DNA of 21,914 bases. Origin: Myxococcota bacterium. Lineage in GTDB: Bacteria; Myxococcota_A; UBA796; GCA-2862545. The translations under genes were made by a program, and so were the position numbers. Positions 1 through 8,172 of the stretch are shown here, in pieces; position 1 is the first letter of the stretch; each line of letters starts with the position of its first letter. The notes beneath the pieces are model-generated. The model ran no database searches and was not told the DNA's origin. It saw nothing but the letters and a program-made list of their open reading frames with translations. Location: assembly GCA_039208735.1 (NCBI GenBank), contig JBCCQY010000161.1, positions 1-21,914 on the forward strand, given 5' to 3'.

Positions 1-456
1 GTGGGCGGAACCGTCGACTGCTTGGACGACAATACGGTCCAGTTCGAGATGTCGACCACCGGCCCGGCCGCGAGCACAGAAGTGTTCTCGCAGGAAACCG
101 GCAACAGCAGCCCCTCCGGCCAGTACTCGGACAACCACAACCTCGATTCCATCGGAAACGGAGAGTGGGAGCAGACGCTCGCGACGGGTGTGAATCCTCC
201 CGTCACGGATGAGTCCACGTTGTTCCGCTGCGACCGCAATGCCCAGGACTTGCCCTACCACCACAATGCAGGTCCGGCTCTCGTCATGAGCTACATCTTC
301 CGTGCCTACGACTCTACTGGCACCGAATTCGACTGCGTGTCCGTCGGACACGACCCGGCCGGCATTATCGCGGGCACCGAAACGCGCGTGAACGAGCCCA
401 CGAACGCCTCGGACATCAGCGCGGTCAACTGCCGCATCGAAGAATTCACCTACTGA
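1..456 (+). CDS. Hypothetical protein, probably 5'-truncated; likely exported or lipoprotein
   Basis: Open from the window edge to TGA 454-456. GC3-rich codons, acidic Thr/Ser/Asn-rich composition, four Cys. Followed by a clear terminator. No family motif recognised. Confidence 0.7.
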   Translation: MGGTVDCLDDNTVQFEMSTTGPAASTEVFSQETGNSSPSGQYSDNHNLDSIGNGEWEQTLATGVNPPVTDESTLFRCDRNAQDLPYHHNAGPALVMSYIFRAYDSTGTEFDCVSVGHDPAGIIAGTETRVNEPTNASDISAVNCRIEEFTY

Positions 457-480
457 TTCTTCGTTCGCGTTGCTCATTTC

Positions 481-517
481 AGGGAGCGGCCTCGCGGGCC
501 GCTCCCTTTCTTTTTTT
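481..517 (+). terminator. Rho-independent terminator
   Basis: AGGGAGCGGCC (481-491) / TCGCG / GGCCGCTCCCT (497-507) is a perfect 11-bp stem followed by TTCTTTTTTT, about 25 nt after the ORF1 stop. Confidence 0.9.
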
Positions 518-535
518 GCTCTGCACGGACCTGCG

Positions 536-2545
536 CTACTTGTCGCCCGTCGCTGAGAGTTCAGTAGCGAGGTTGATGAACGTGCCCTCGAGTTCGAGCG
601 ACTCGTTGCAGAAGTGGAAATCGCCCGGACCGCTCGCCATGTTCGACAAGAAGCTTTGCTGAACCTGGTCGCCGACGCCCACCGTGATGATGCGAGCCCC
701 CATCGCGCGCAGATCGTAGACCTGCTTCATGGTGGCATCCGGATCATCGGGGTGACCGTCGGTCATGACCACGAACACCCGCTGGATGCCCGCTTTGGGC
801 TTGAGCAGGGTGCGCGCGTCGTACAGGCCCTCGCTCATCGGGGTCGACCCAATGGGGGTGAGCGAGTCAATCGCCCAGCGTAGGCGATCGAGGTTGGCGG
901 TGAGCGTCGATTTGACTCCGCCGGGGAACGCGACAACCGAAACCTGCCGGTTGGGTGACTGCAACGTCCGCTGGACAAAGGCGAGAGCTGCGCGCTTCGC
1001 GTTCTCGATGTTGTTGCCATACATCGACCCGGAACAGTCGATCACAAGCGAGACCCACATGGGCGCTCGGTTGTTGGCGAGATCTTCGAGGGTGACGTGT
1101 CCGCCTGCGAGTCGGTGGGGCAGGATCTGCCCTGACTCGAGGTCCATTGCTTCGACCTCGACAATGCCATTGCTGTTGTAGCGGTAAGTCACCGACAACC
1201 GGGCTTGCCCCGCAGGTCGTGGCGCAATGCCGTAGAACTCGAAATGCCCCAGGACCGTCGAGTCAAGCGGGTTCTCACTCTCCCCTTGGACGAGCCAAAG
1301 GTCGATGGTGGCCTGCCCGTCGTAGGTCGTGGAGTAGTCATCGCGCGTCTTCTCAGCAGGAATCCGCGTGTTCTTCTTGATGATCTTCGAGTTGTAGAGC
1401 TGTCCGTCGCGGAACACGACCATGCCAAGCGAATGCGAGGTGACGTCGTGCGTCCGAATGTCGACGGGCGAGACCTCGCCGCGCAGTTCAGCCGACTCGA
1501 TGGCTGCCGTAAGCGCAGCCCCCAACGCAATCGCTTCGTCGGGGTTGATGTCGGTCGCGGGTGGCTTCCCAAACAGGTCGGTCAGCATGTTGCGGACCAT
1601 CGGCATCCGCGTCGACCCACCAGCCAACAAGACGACATCGACATCTTCGGGCGCACACTGCGCTTCGGTGAGCACGGCCTTGGTCAACACTTCGGTGCGC
1701 TCGAGGAGATCTCTCGTAAGGTCCTCGAACGTTTCCCGCGTGACGGCCAGGCGCATCACCTTGTCACCGAAATCGTGGAAGATGTTGCACTTGGGCCGAC
1801 GGGTGAGGCTGATCTTCGCACTCACGCATTTGCTACGTAGATCGTGGTAGCTCGACAACTCTTCAAGTGGATCGACGCCGTGCTTCTCTTTGAAGGCGGC
1901 TGCGACATGCTTGATGAGGCGATCGTCCCAGTCTTTGCCCCCGAGCCGATGATCCCCATCGGTGCCCACGACGTTGATGTCGTTGCCCTCGATGTCGCAC
2001 AGGGTGACGTCGAACGTTCCGCCGCCAAGGTCGTAGACCAAGACCCGAAGATCACGGCCTGCGTTGTTTAGGCCATACGCAAACGCAGCGGCAGTCGGCT
2101 CGTTGATGAGCTTGAGGACCTTGAGTCCTGCAAGTTCGCCAGCCTTGAGCGTGGCCCGACGCTGCACGTCATTGAAGTACGCGGGCACCGTAATGACGGC
2201 TTGTTCAACGGGCTCACCGAGGCGCAATTCAGCGTCCCGCTTGAGCTTTCCGAGGATGTGGGCCGACAATTCCTGTGGATTGTAGTCCTTACCCTTGAAG
2301 CTGAAACGGAAGGTTTCATCGCCCATGTGCCGCTTTACGAACTCTACAACCTGCTCGGGGAGCACCACGGCCATGTGCTTGGCGTAGCTCCCGACGGAGA
2401 TGGCATCGTCCTCGAAAAGGAGCACGCTCGGCGTGATGCGGTCTCCTTCCGCGTTGGGCAACACTTCGGGTACCCCGTGTTGATTCACGTACGCAATGGC
2501 CGAGAAGGTCGTCCCGAGGTCGATCCCGACCGCACCAATTGCCAT
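536..2545 (-). CDS. Hsp70-family protein with C-terminal von Willebrand factor A domain (Hsp70-vWA fusion)
   Basis: Hsp70 motifs GIDLGTT, TVPAYF, INEPTAAA, DLGGGTFD, LAGGSTRMP, NPDEAIALGAA. SBD-beta KNTRIP...QGE...NGIVEVEA. vWA MIDAS DCSGS (1025-1039), GSTPM, MTDG. SD AGGAGG at 2554-2559. Confidence 0.92.
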   Translation of the reverse strand: MAIGAVGIDLGTTFSAIAYVNQHGVPEVLPNAEGDRITPSVLLFEDDAISVGSYAKHMAVVLPEQVVEFVKRHMGDETFRFSFKGKDYNPQELSAHILGKLKRDAELRLGEPVEQAVITVPAYFNDVQRRATLKAGELAGLKVLKLINEPTAAAFAYGLNNAGRDLRVLVYDLGGGTFDVTLCDIEGNDINVVGTDGDHRLGGKDWDDRLIKHVAAAFKEKHGVDPLEELSSYHDLRSKCVSAKISLTRRPKCNIFHDFGDKVMRLAVTRETFEDLTRDLLERTEVLTKAVLTEAQCAPEDVDVVLLAGGSTRMPMVRNMLTDLFGKPPATDINPDEAIALGAALTAAIESAELRGEVSPVDIRTHDVTSHSLGMVVFRDGQLYNSKIIKKNTRIPAEKTRDDYSTTYDGQATIDLWLVQGESENPLDSTVLGHFEFYGIAPRPAGQARLSVTYRYNSNGIVEVEAMDLESGQILPHRLAGGHVTLEDLANNRAPMWVSLVIDCSGSMYGNNIENAKRAALAFVQRTLQSPNRQVSVVAFPGGVKSTLTANLDRLRWAIDSLTPIGSTPMSEGLYDARTLLKPKAGIQRVFVVMTDGHPDDPDATMKQVYDLRAMGARIITVGVGDQVQQSFLSNMASGPGDFHFCNESLELEGTFINLATELSATGDK

Positions 2546-2653
2546 TGAGGGTGCCTCCTGCGGGCCACGGACCCGACGATTGCCCAGGGGTCAGACGGGG
2601 TGTGCTGGAGTATATCGGAGGCGCGGTCCACGACAAACCACCGGAGAGCCACG

Positions 2654-3244
2654 ATGCGCCCCGTTCTCCTGGCATCCACTAGCGCGGTTCGGCTGCGGAT
2701 GCTGACAAATGCGGGACTTACGGTCCGCGCCGTCCCTTCTCACGTAACGGAAGCGATCCCGGCAAATCCACAGAACGTCACCCAGGTGGTCGAGGACTTG
2801 GCCCTCGCCAAGGCCCGGGCGGTGTTCGAGCAGAACCCAGGGCACATCGTGATCGGAGCCGATCAGCTCGCCTTCGACCCGGACGCCCCGCACGATCCAT
2901 TCGGCAAGCCACGCGATCCCGACGATCACCTCGCACGACTGAAAGCGCTGCGCGGCAAGTCCCATGTCCTGGTCACGGGCTTTGCGATCCTTGAGGCCGA
3001 AACAACGATTATCGATCACGACATCACGACGATGCACGTTCGCGCCGACCTGTCGGACGAAGAACTGGCCGCCTACGTGGCCACCCAAGAAGGTTCTGGC
3101 TGTGCCGCAGGATACGCCGCCGAAGGACGGGGAGGCTTCTTGTTCGAGCGGATCGACGGTGACTTTTTCAACGTGCTGGGCTTGCCTGTACTGAAGGTGA
3201 TCACCGCCCTGCGGACCCTCGGCTGGCGAGCGACCAATGGCTGA
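2654..3244 (+). CDS. maf: Maf-family nucleotide pyrophosphatase, YceF-like subtype
   Basis: VLLASTSAVR, AKARAV, IGADQ, GKP, GCAAGYAAEG, NVLGLP. Start placed at ATG 2654 behind GGAGAG. Confidence 0.9.
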   Translation: MRPVLLASTSAVRLRMLTNAGLTVRAVPSHVTEAIPANPQNVTQVVEDLALAKARAVFEQNPGHIVIGADQLAFDPDAPHDPFGKPRDPDDHLARLKALRGKSHVLVTGFAILEAETTIIDHDITTMHVRADLSDEELAAYVATQEGSGCAAGYAAEGRGGFLFERIDGDFFNVLGLPVLKVITALRTLGWRATNG

Positions 3245-4025
3245 TCCCGATTCGTTGGCGGATCTGATCGCCGATGTGCGTGCCGTGCTTGAGGACGCTT
3301 CGCTTCGAGGCGTCCTCGCCGAAGACGGTCGCCTCCCGCCTCCGCCCGCCGCTCCTGCAGGAGCTCCGCCAGAGCCTCGCACCGCCAAACCGTCCGGAGA
3401 GGCCAACCCGGCGTGGTCCTCCCTGGCCACCGAAGCCCGAGAAGCGCGCCCCGACGCAGCCGGACGCCTCGCCCGGGTGCGGGAGGAGCTGGGTGACTGC
3501 CAGCGTTGCGGACTCGCCAAAGGGCGCAAGACCCTCGTGTTTGGTGTGGGGGATCCCGATGCCGACCTCGTCGTGGTGGGCGAGGCCCCCGGCCACGAGG
3601 AAGATCGCCGCGGCGAACCCTTCGTGGGCGCGGCCGGCCAGATGCTCGACAAGATGCTCGAGAACGTCATCGGTTTACCCCGATCGAAGGTCTACATTCT
3701 CAACGTGATCAAGTGCCGTCCTCCGAAGAACCGCAATCCGTTGCCCGATGAAGTGGAGGCCTGCATGCCATTCTTGCGAGGTCAGATCGAGGCGATCGAG
3801 CCGAAGGTGCTCCTTGTCTTGGGAAGCGTGGCCTTCAAATCGCTGTTCGATACGAGCCGCGGCATTACCCGCGCCCGCGGCATCTGGACCGAATACGAGG
3901 GCACGCCCGTCATGCCGACGTTTCACCCCGCTTACCTGCTCCGGCAGCCCCAGGACAAACGGCTCACCTTCGAAGACTTGAAGGCGGTCCGTCAGCGCTA
4001 CGATGAATTGGGCGGGCGCCGCTGA
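3237..4025 (+). CDS. Uracil-DNA glycosylase, family 4 (4Fe-4S)
   Basis: CQRCGL, VGEAPG..ED..GEPFVG.AG, NVIKCRPP.NRNP...E...C, TFHPAYLLR. Overlaps the maf stop by 8 nt. Confidence 0.95.
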   Translation: MADPDSLADLIADVRAVLEDASLRGVLAEDGRLPPPPAAPAGAPPEPRTAKPSGEANPAWSSLATEAREARPDAAGRLARVREELGDCQRCGLAKGRKTLVFGVGDPDADLVVVGEAPGHEEDRRGEPFVGAAGQMLDKMLENVIGLPRSKVYILNVIKCRPPKNRNPLPDEVEACMPFLRGQIEAIEPKVLLVLGSVAFKSLFDTSRGITRARGIWTEYEGTPVMPTFHPAYLLRQPQDKRLTFEDLKAVRQRYDELGGRR

Positions 4026-4026
4026 A

Positions 4027-5856
4027 CTAGCGGTACCCCTCGGCTTGCAGCTCAAAGAGTTCTGCGTACCGACCACGCTTCGTCATCAATTCGTCGTGGG
4101 TCCCTTGTTCGAGGATCTGCCCTCCATCGAGCACCACGATCTCGTCAGCCATTCGAACCGTCGAGAACCGGTGACTGATGAGCACGGCCATCTGGTCCTT
4201 GGTCAGCGCCTTCACCCGCTCGAACACCTGCGCCTCGGCTTCGGCATCCATGGCTGCAGTAGGCTCATCGAACACGAGGACATCCGCATTCTCTCGCATG
4301 AAAGCACGAGAGAGGGCGACCTTCTGCCACTGGCCGATCGAAAGCTCCCGCCCATTCTTGAACCATCGTCCCAGCTGGGTGTGAAAGCCGTCTGGCAGAC
4401 CATCGATGAAGGGGGTGGCCATGCCTTGGTCCGCCGCCACCGCCCATCGGTTCTCATCGTCCACGGCCTCGATGTCACCGACACCGATGTTTTCGCCGAC
4501 CGTGAACTGATACTTCACGAAGTCCTGAAAGATCACGCCGATGCGCGTTTGTAGGGCATCGGGGTCCCATGACTGCAGGTCGGTGCCGTCGAGCAGGATT
4601 CGCCCCTCCTGGGGCGTGTAGAGGCCCGTGAGCAGCTTGACGAGCGTGGTCTTGCCGCTGCCGTTGTGCCCCACGAGGGCAAGCCGTTGACCGGGCGTGA
4701 GGTGAAGGTCGACGTTGGTGAGCGCGGCCGTCTCCGCTCCTGGGTAGCGGAAGGTGACTCCCTTGAAGCGAACTCCATCTCCGGGAACCGCGCCTTCATG
4801 GACCCCGCCGATGCGCTTGGGCGTCTCGGTGGCGAGGAAGGTGTAGAGATTCGACAGGTACAAGTTGTCTTCGTACATCCCACCAATGGCGCGGAGGCTG
4901 GCCGAGAAAGCCCCTTGGCCCTGTTTGAAGACCAGCAGGTACATCGTCATGGCGCCGATCGTGATCACGCCTTGCATCGTCGACCATGCAATCCAGCCGT
5001 AGGCCCCATACAAAGCCCCAGTCGACACGAGGCCCAGGAGCGCTCCCCACAGCCCACGACGCAGGGTCAGGTTGCGGTCCTCGGCAAACAGCTTGTCGAA
5101 GATGGTCTGGTAGCGGGTCAACAGACGCGGTCCAAGCCCCAATAGCTGGACTTCTTTGGCGTAGTCCTCTCGGGCCATGACGACCTCGAGGTAGGACTGT
5201 TCGCGCGTTTCGGGCGCACGCCAAGAGAACAATCGGAACGCCTCGCCGGCGAATCGGGTTTCTGCGACGAACGCCGGCACACTGGCGACCAGCAATACCA
5301 ACACCGCCAGCGGGGAGAACCCGATGAGAAGGGCTCCGTAGGTGGTCAAGGCGAGTCCGTTCTGCAACAACCCAAACGTTCGACGCACCAACGAAAGAGG
5401 ACGAGACGACGCTTGCCGACGGGCGCGGGTCATCGAATCGTACAGCTCGGGATCTTCAAAGTTCGGCAGATCCAGTTCGAGCGCCTTTTCGAGAATCATG
5501 ACATTCACGCGATGGCCGAGTTTCGCGCGTAGCAAAGCGTCGGCTACGTCCAGGCCGCGTTGGGTGAATGCGATGGCGGTCACGAGCCCAAGTTCGGCGA
5601 CAATCCAACCGAGTGCGGCCCGCTGATCGGCCCAGGTGCCACTCTGCGCCGCGAGAAGAACGCCATCGACAATTTGGCGCCCTACCCATGCGATGGATGC
5701 TGGAATGGCCCCTGCAGCGAGGGTGCCTAAGGCAAAAAACAAGAGGAGTCTGCGGTCGGTCTGCCAGACCAACCCAATCGCCCGCCATGTGTAGCGGTAA
5801 ACGCCCGCTAGCCGCCGAGTCCAAGGCGGAGCGGGTGGAGATTCAGGTGTGCTCAT
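4027..5856 (-). CDS. ABC exporter, fused permease and ATPase
   Basis: Hydrophobic TM region, Walker A GHNGSGKTT, Q-loop IFQDF, signature LSIGQWQ, Walker B VLVFDEPT, ISHRFSTV. Start placed at ATG 5856 (MSTPESP). Confidence 0.92.
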   Translation of the reverse strand: MSTPESPPAPPWTRRLAGVYRYTWRAIGLVWQTDRRLLLFFALGTLAAGAIPASIAWVGRQIVDGVLLAAQSGTWADQRAALGWIVAELGLVTAIAFTQRGLDVADALLRAKLGHRVNVMILEKALELDLPNFEDPELYDSMTRARRQASSRPLSLVRRTFGLLQNGLALTTYGALLIGFSPLAVLVLLVASVPAFVAETRFAGEAFRLFSWRAPETREQSYLEVVMAREDYAKEVQLLGLGPRLLTRYQTIFDKLFAEDRNLTLRRGLWGALLGLVSTGALYGAYGWIAWSTMQGVITIGAMTMYLLVFKQGQGAFSASLRAIGGMYEDNLYLSNLYTFLATETPKRIGGVHEGAVPGDGVRFKGVTFRYPGAETAALTNVDLHLTPGQRLALVGHNGSGKTTLVKLLTGLYTPQEGRILLDGTDLQSWDPDALQTRIGVIFQDFVKYQFTVGENIGVGDIEAVDDENRWAVAADQGMATPFIDGLPDGFHTQLGRWFKNGRELSIGQWQKVALSRAFMRENADVLVFDEPTAAMDAEAEAQVFERVKALTKDQMAVLISHRFSTVRMADEIVVLDGGQILEQGTHDELMTKRGRYAELFELQAEGYR

Positions 5857-5930
5857 GCGCCGCAACCTACGTCCCCCTTGAGTGGCGCCAACCGCCCGTC
5901 CGGGCAGCCCGCGACGATAGGAGGGTAGGC

Positions 5931-7370
5931 ATGCCAGCTGCAATCACCCTCGCTCCACATCCCCAAGCGATCCACCAGCACGACACGCTGCTGATTATCG
6001 GCCGCAAGGCACGGCTCCTCGAACCCGATGTCATGGGCCTCCTTCCCTCTCGAATGCCCCACGCCACCTGGCAATCCATGCTCAAGCGTTGCGATCCTGG
6101 CGATTGGGGCCGGGTCGTATCGACCTGGACAGGCGATACCCCCGCTCGTGTCGCGGCGGGGGTCCTTCCCGAAGGCATCTCTCGTCACAATAGTCCCGCC
6201 CGAGCCTTTGCCATTCCTGGCCTCGTGGCCAATGCAGGACAGAAGGGCAACGTGGGCCTCGTGCTCGCGCTCGAGCATCCCAACCATGATGTCGCGTCGG
6301 CCATCGCCGTCGCACGCGCACTGCCCACCTTCACCGCGACGAGCCGACGCGTCTCGCGCGAGGTCACCCTGTGGCTGCAGCCCCGAAACGGTTCGATCAA
6401 CACCGAGGCCGTGCGTCAAGGTATCGAAGCCGTTCGCTACGCCGCCCACCTCACGGACCAGCCCCCCAACCGTCTGGGATGCGATGCCTTCGTGGCCGAA
6501 GCTCGAGCGGTGGCCGATGACCTCGGCTGCGACATTACGGTGCTTCGTCGTCCTGAACTCAAAGAGCAAGGGATGAACGGCATCCTCGCCGTGGGGCAAG
6601 CCGCCGAACAGTCGCCGGCCCTCGTGGTCCTCGACCATGTGCCCTCCGAACCCAGGAAAGCCGTGGCCTGGGTGGGCAAAGGCATCGTTTACGACACCGG
6701 CGGACTGTCCATCAAGTCGAAGACGGGCATGCCCGGCATGAAGACCGATATGGCAGGGGCGGCCGCGGTCCTTGCCGGTTTCCGAGCTGCCGTACGGCTC
6801 GGAACCCAAGACCGACTCTCAGCGGTCCTTTGCATCGCCGAGAACGCAGTCGGATCCCTTGCTGTACGCCCCGATGACATCATCGAGATGGGCAGTGGCC
6901 GCACCGTCGAAATCAACAACACCGACGCCGAGGGGCGGCTGGTCCTTGCCGATGGCGTAGCCTGGGTCACGAAACGGCGTCGTCCGCAGGTTCTGGTTGA
7001 TATGGCGACCCTCACCGGTGCCCAATCTGCGGCCACGGGCAAACGTCACGCGGCGCTGTACTGCTCGGACGAAGCGCTCGAACGACGTGTGGTGGAGGCA
7101 GGGCGATGGAGTGGCGACCTCGTACACCCGCTGCCTTATGCGCCTGAACTGTTCCGCAAGGAGTTCCATTCGACCGTCGCCGACATGCGCAACTCGGTGA
7201 AGGATCGCGCCAACGCCCAGTCGAGCTGCGCGGGTCAGTTCATCGGCAACCATCTCTTCGCGTCGGGATTCGACGGTGCGTGGTGCCACATCGACATGGC
7301 CGGACCCTCGGTGCACGCCCACCGGGGAACGGGCTTTGGCGTGGGTCTGCTGATGGCTCTGGCGAGCTGA
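5931..7370 (+). CDS. M17 leucyl aminopeptidase-family protein, NPEPL1-like
   Basis: GKGIVYDTGGLSIK, MKTDMAG, NTDAEGRL, DMATLTGA, HIDMAG. ATG 5931 with SD AGGAGG. N-terminal SRHNSP motif. Confidence 0.92.
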   Translation: MPAAITLAPHPQAIHQHDTLLIIGRKARLLEPDVMGLLPSRMPHATWQSMLKRCDPGDWGRVVSTWTGDTPARVAAGVLPEGISRHNSPARAFAIPGLVANAGQKGNVGLVLALEHPNHDVASAIAVARALPTFTATSRRVSREVTLWLQPRNGSINTEAVRQGIEAVRYAAHLTDQPPNRLGCDAFVAEARAVADDLGCDITVLRRPELKEQGMNGILAVGQAAEQSPALVVLDHVPSEPRKAVAWVGKGIVYDTGGLSIKSKTGMPGMKTDMAGAAAVLAGFRAAVRLGTQDRLSAVLCIAENAVGSLAVRPDDIIEMGSGRTVEINNTDAEGRLVLADGVAWVTKRRRPQVLVDMATLTGAQSAATGKRHAALYCSDEALERRVVEAGRWSGDLVHPLPYAPELFRKEFHSTVADMRNSVKDRANAQSSCAGQFIGNHLFASGFDGAWCHIDMAGPSVHAHRGTGFGVGLLMALAS

Positions 7371-7853
7371 TTACTTGGCGAAGGCCTTTTCGAGCGCAAC
7401 CAGCGCGTCGCGAACGGCGTTGCGCGTCGACCGCCGAATGATGAATCCGGGCACCAGCGCGTTGGTCTTTAGGTCGAGATCGTAGGTGATGAGCGCTTTG
7501 TCACCGAGGGCTTCGACCTTCCACTCGGCCTCGAAGTGGGTGAGCTGCTTGCTCTCGACCAGCTTGCTCGTGACCCCTTTGGCCGTGTCGCAGTCCTTCG
7601 ACGTGTAGGTCACGGGCATGATGGGATGCGGCGTGGCGATGGTGACCATGCGGCACTTCGCTTCGGAAGCCGGTTTCACGGTGACCGTCGAGTCCTTGGA
7701 CGTCAGCTTGCCGAGCTGGATGGGGGCGGAGACGAGGGTGCGCACCTCATCGGCGGATGCCGACACCGCCACCTTCCCGCGGACCATCCCGCCGTCGAGG
7801 ACCTCGAGCTGAGGTTCGACCGCCCCTGCGACTGCGAACGCCATCCACAACAT
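7371..7853 (-). CDS. SRPBCC/START (polyketide cyclase-like) lipid-binding protein, probably exported
   Basis: V.ASADEV..LV, FEAEWKVE...ITYDL, PGFIIRR and C-terminal helix pattern. ATG 7853 with GGAGG. Short hydrophobic N-terminus ending AGA. Confidence 0.7.
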   Translation of the reverse strand: MLWMAFAVAGAVEPQLEVLDGGMVRGKVAVSASADEVRTLVSAPIQLGKLTSKDSTVTVKPASEAKCRMVTIATPHPIMPVTYTSKDCDTAKGVTSKLVESKQLTHFEAEWKVEALGDKALITYDLDLKTNALVPGFIIRRSTRNAVRDALVALEKAFAK

Positions 7854-7928
7854 AGAGAACCCTCCAGAGACGTCGGTACAACGCGGCAACGCCACCCGCA
7901 ACCGTCAGCGGCATTCTCGGATCACTGC

Positions 7929-7953
7929 TTTCAGATACAATACGTATCGTAAA
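7929..7953. promoter_or_regulatory. Imperfect palindrome (candidate TetR operator) overlapping a TACAAT -10-like box
   Basis: TTT-ca-GATAC-aatac-GTATC-gt-AAA. An AT-rich island between divergent genes; TACAAT at 7936-7941. Confidence 0.65.
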
Positions 7954-7968
7954 TAAAGGGAGCATCCG

Positions 7969-8172
7969 ATGAGCACCTTCGTCGAACTCGTTGCCTGGAT
8001 CGGCCTCACACCGGTTGTCACCGTTGCGCTCTGCGCCACCCTGTTTGGTGCAGGGCTGCCCCTGGTCCTGGTGCTTGGCGTCTACGGCCGGGCCACCGAA
8101 CAGACGGCGTCTCGGCGTGCTACGGCCACGGCCGGAGGAGCCCTTGCCCGGACCGACCGGTCGGCCGCGTGA
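7969..8172 (+). CDS. Small hydrophobic membrane protein (67 aa)
   Basis: SD AAGGGAG just upstream of ATG; about 35-aa hydrophobic N-terminal half; 3' end overlaps the TetR start. Confidence 0.5.
   Translation: MSTFVELVAWIGLTPVVTVALCATLFGAGLPLVLVLGVYGRATEQTASRRATATAGGALARTDRSAA

Noticed and set aside
536..2545. Calling the Hsp70 gene dnaK
   Set aside because: It has no helical lid, a divergent linker, a vWA fusion and no grpE or dnaJ nearby, so it is a specialised paralogue.
2591..3670. 359-aa minus-strand ORF
   Set aside because: Antisense shadow of maf and udg; Ser/Arg/Ala-rich with no motifs.
5568..5943. Long N-terminal extensions that make the ABC and M17 ORFs overlap head-to-head
   Set aside because: Better starts at 5856 (-) and 5931 (+, with AGGAGG) leave a normal 74-nt divergent gap.
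5853..6809. 318-aa minus-strand ORF
   Set aside because: Antisense to the M17 peptidase; expected from high-GC codon bias.
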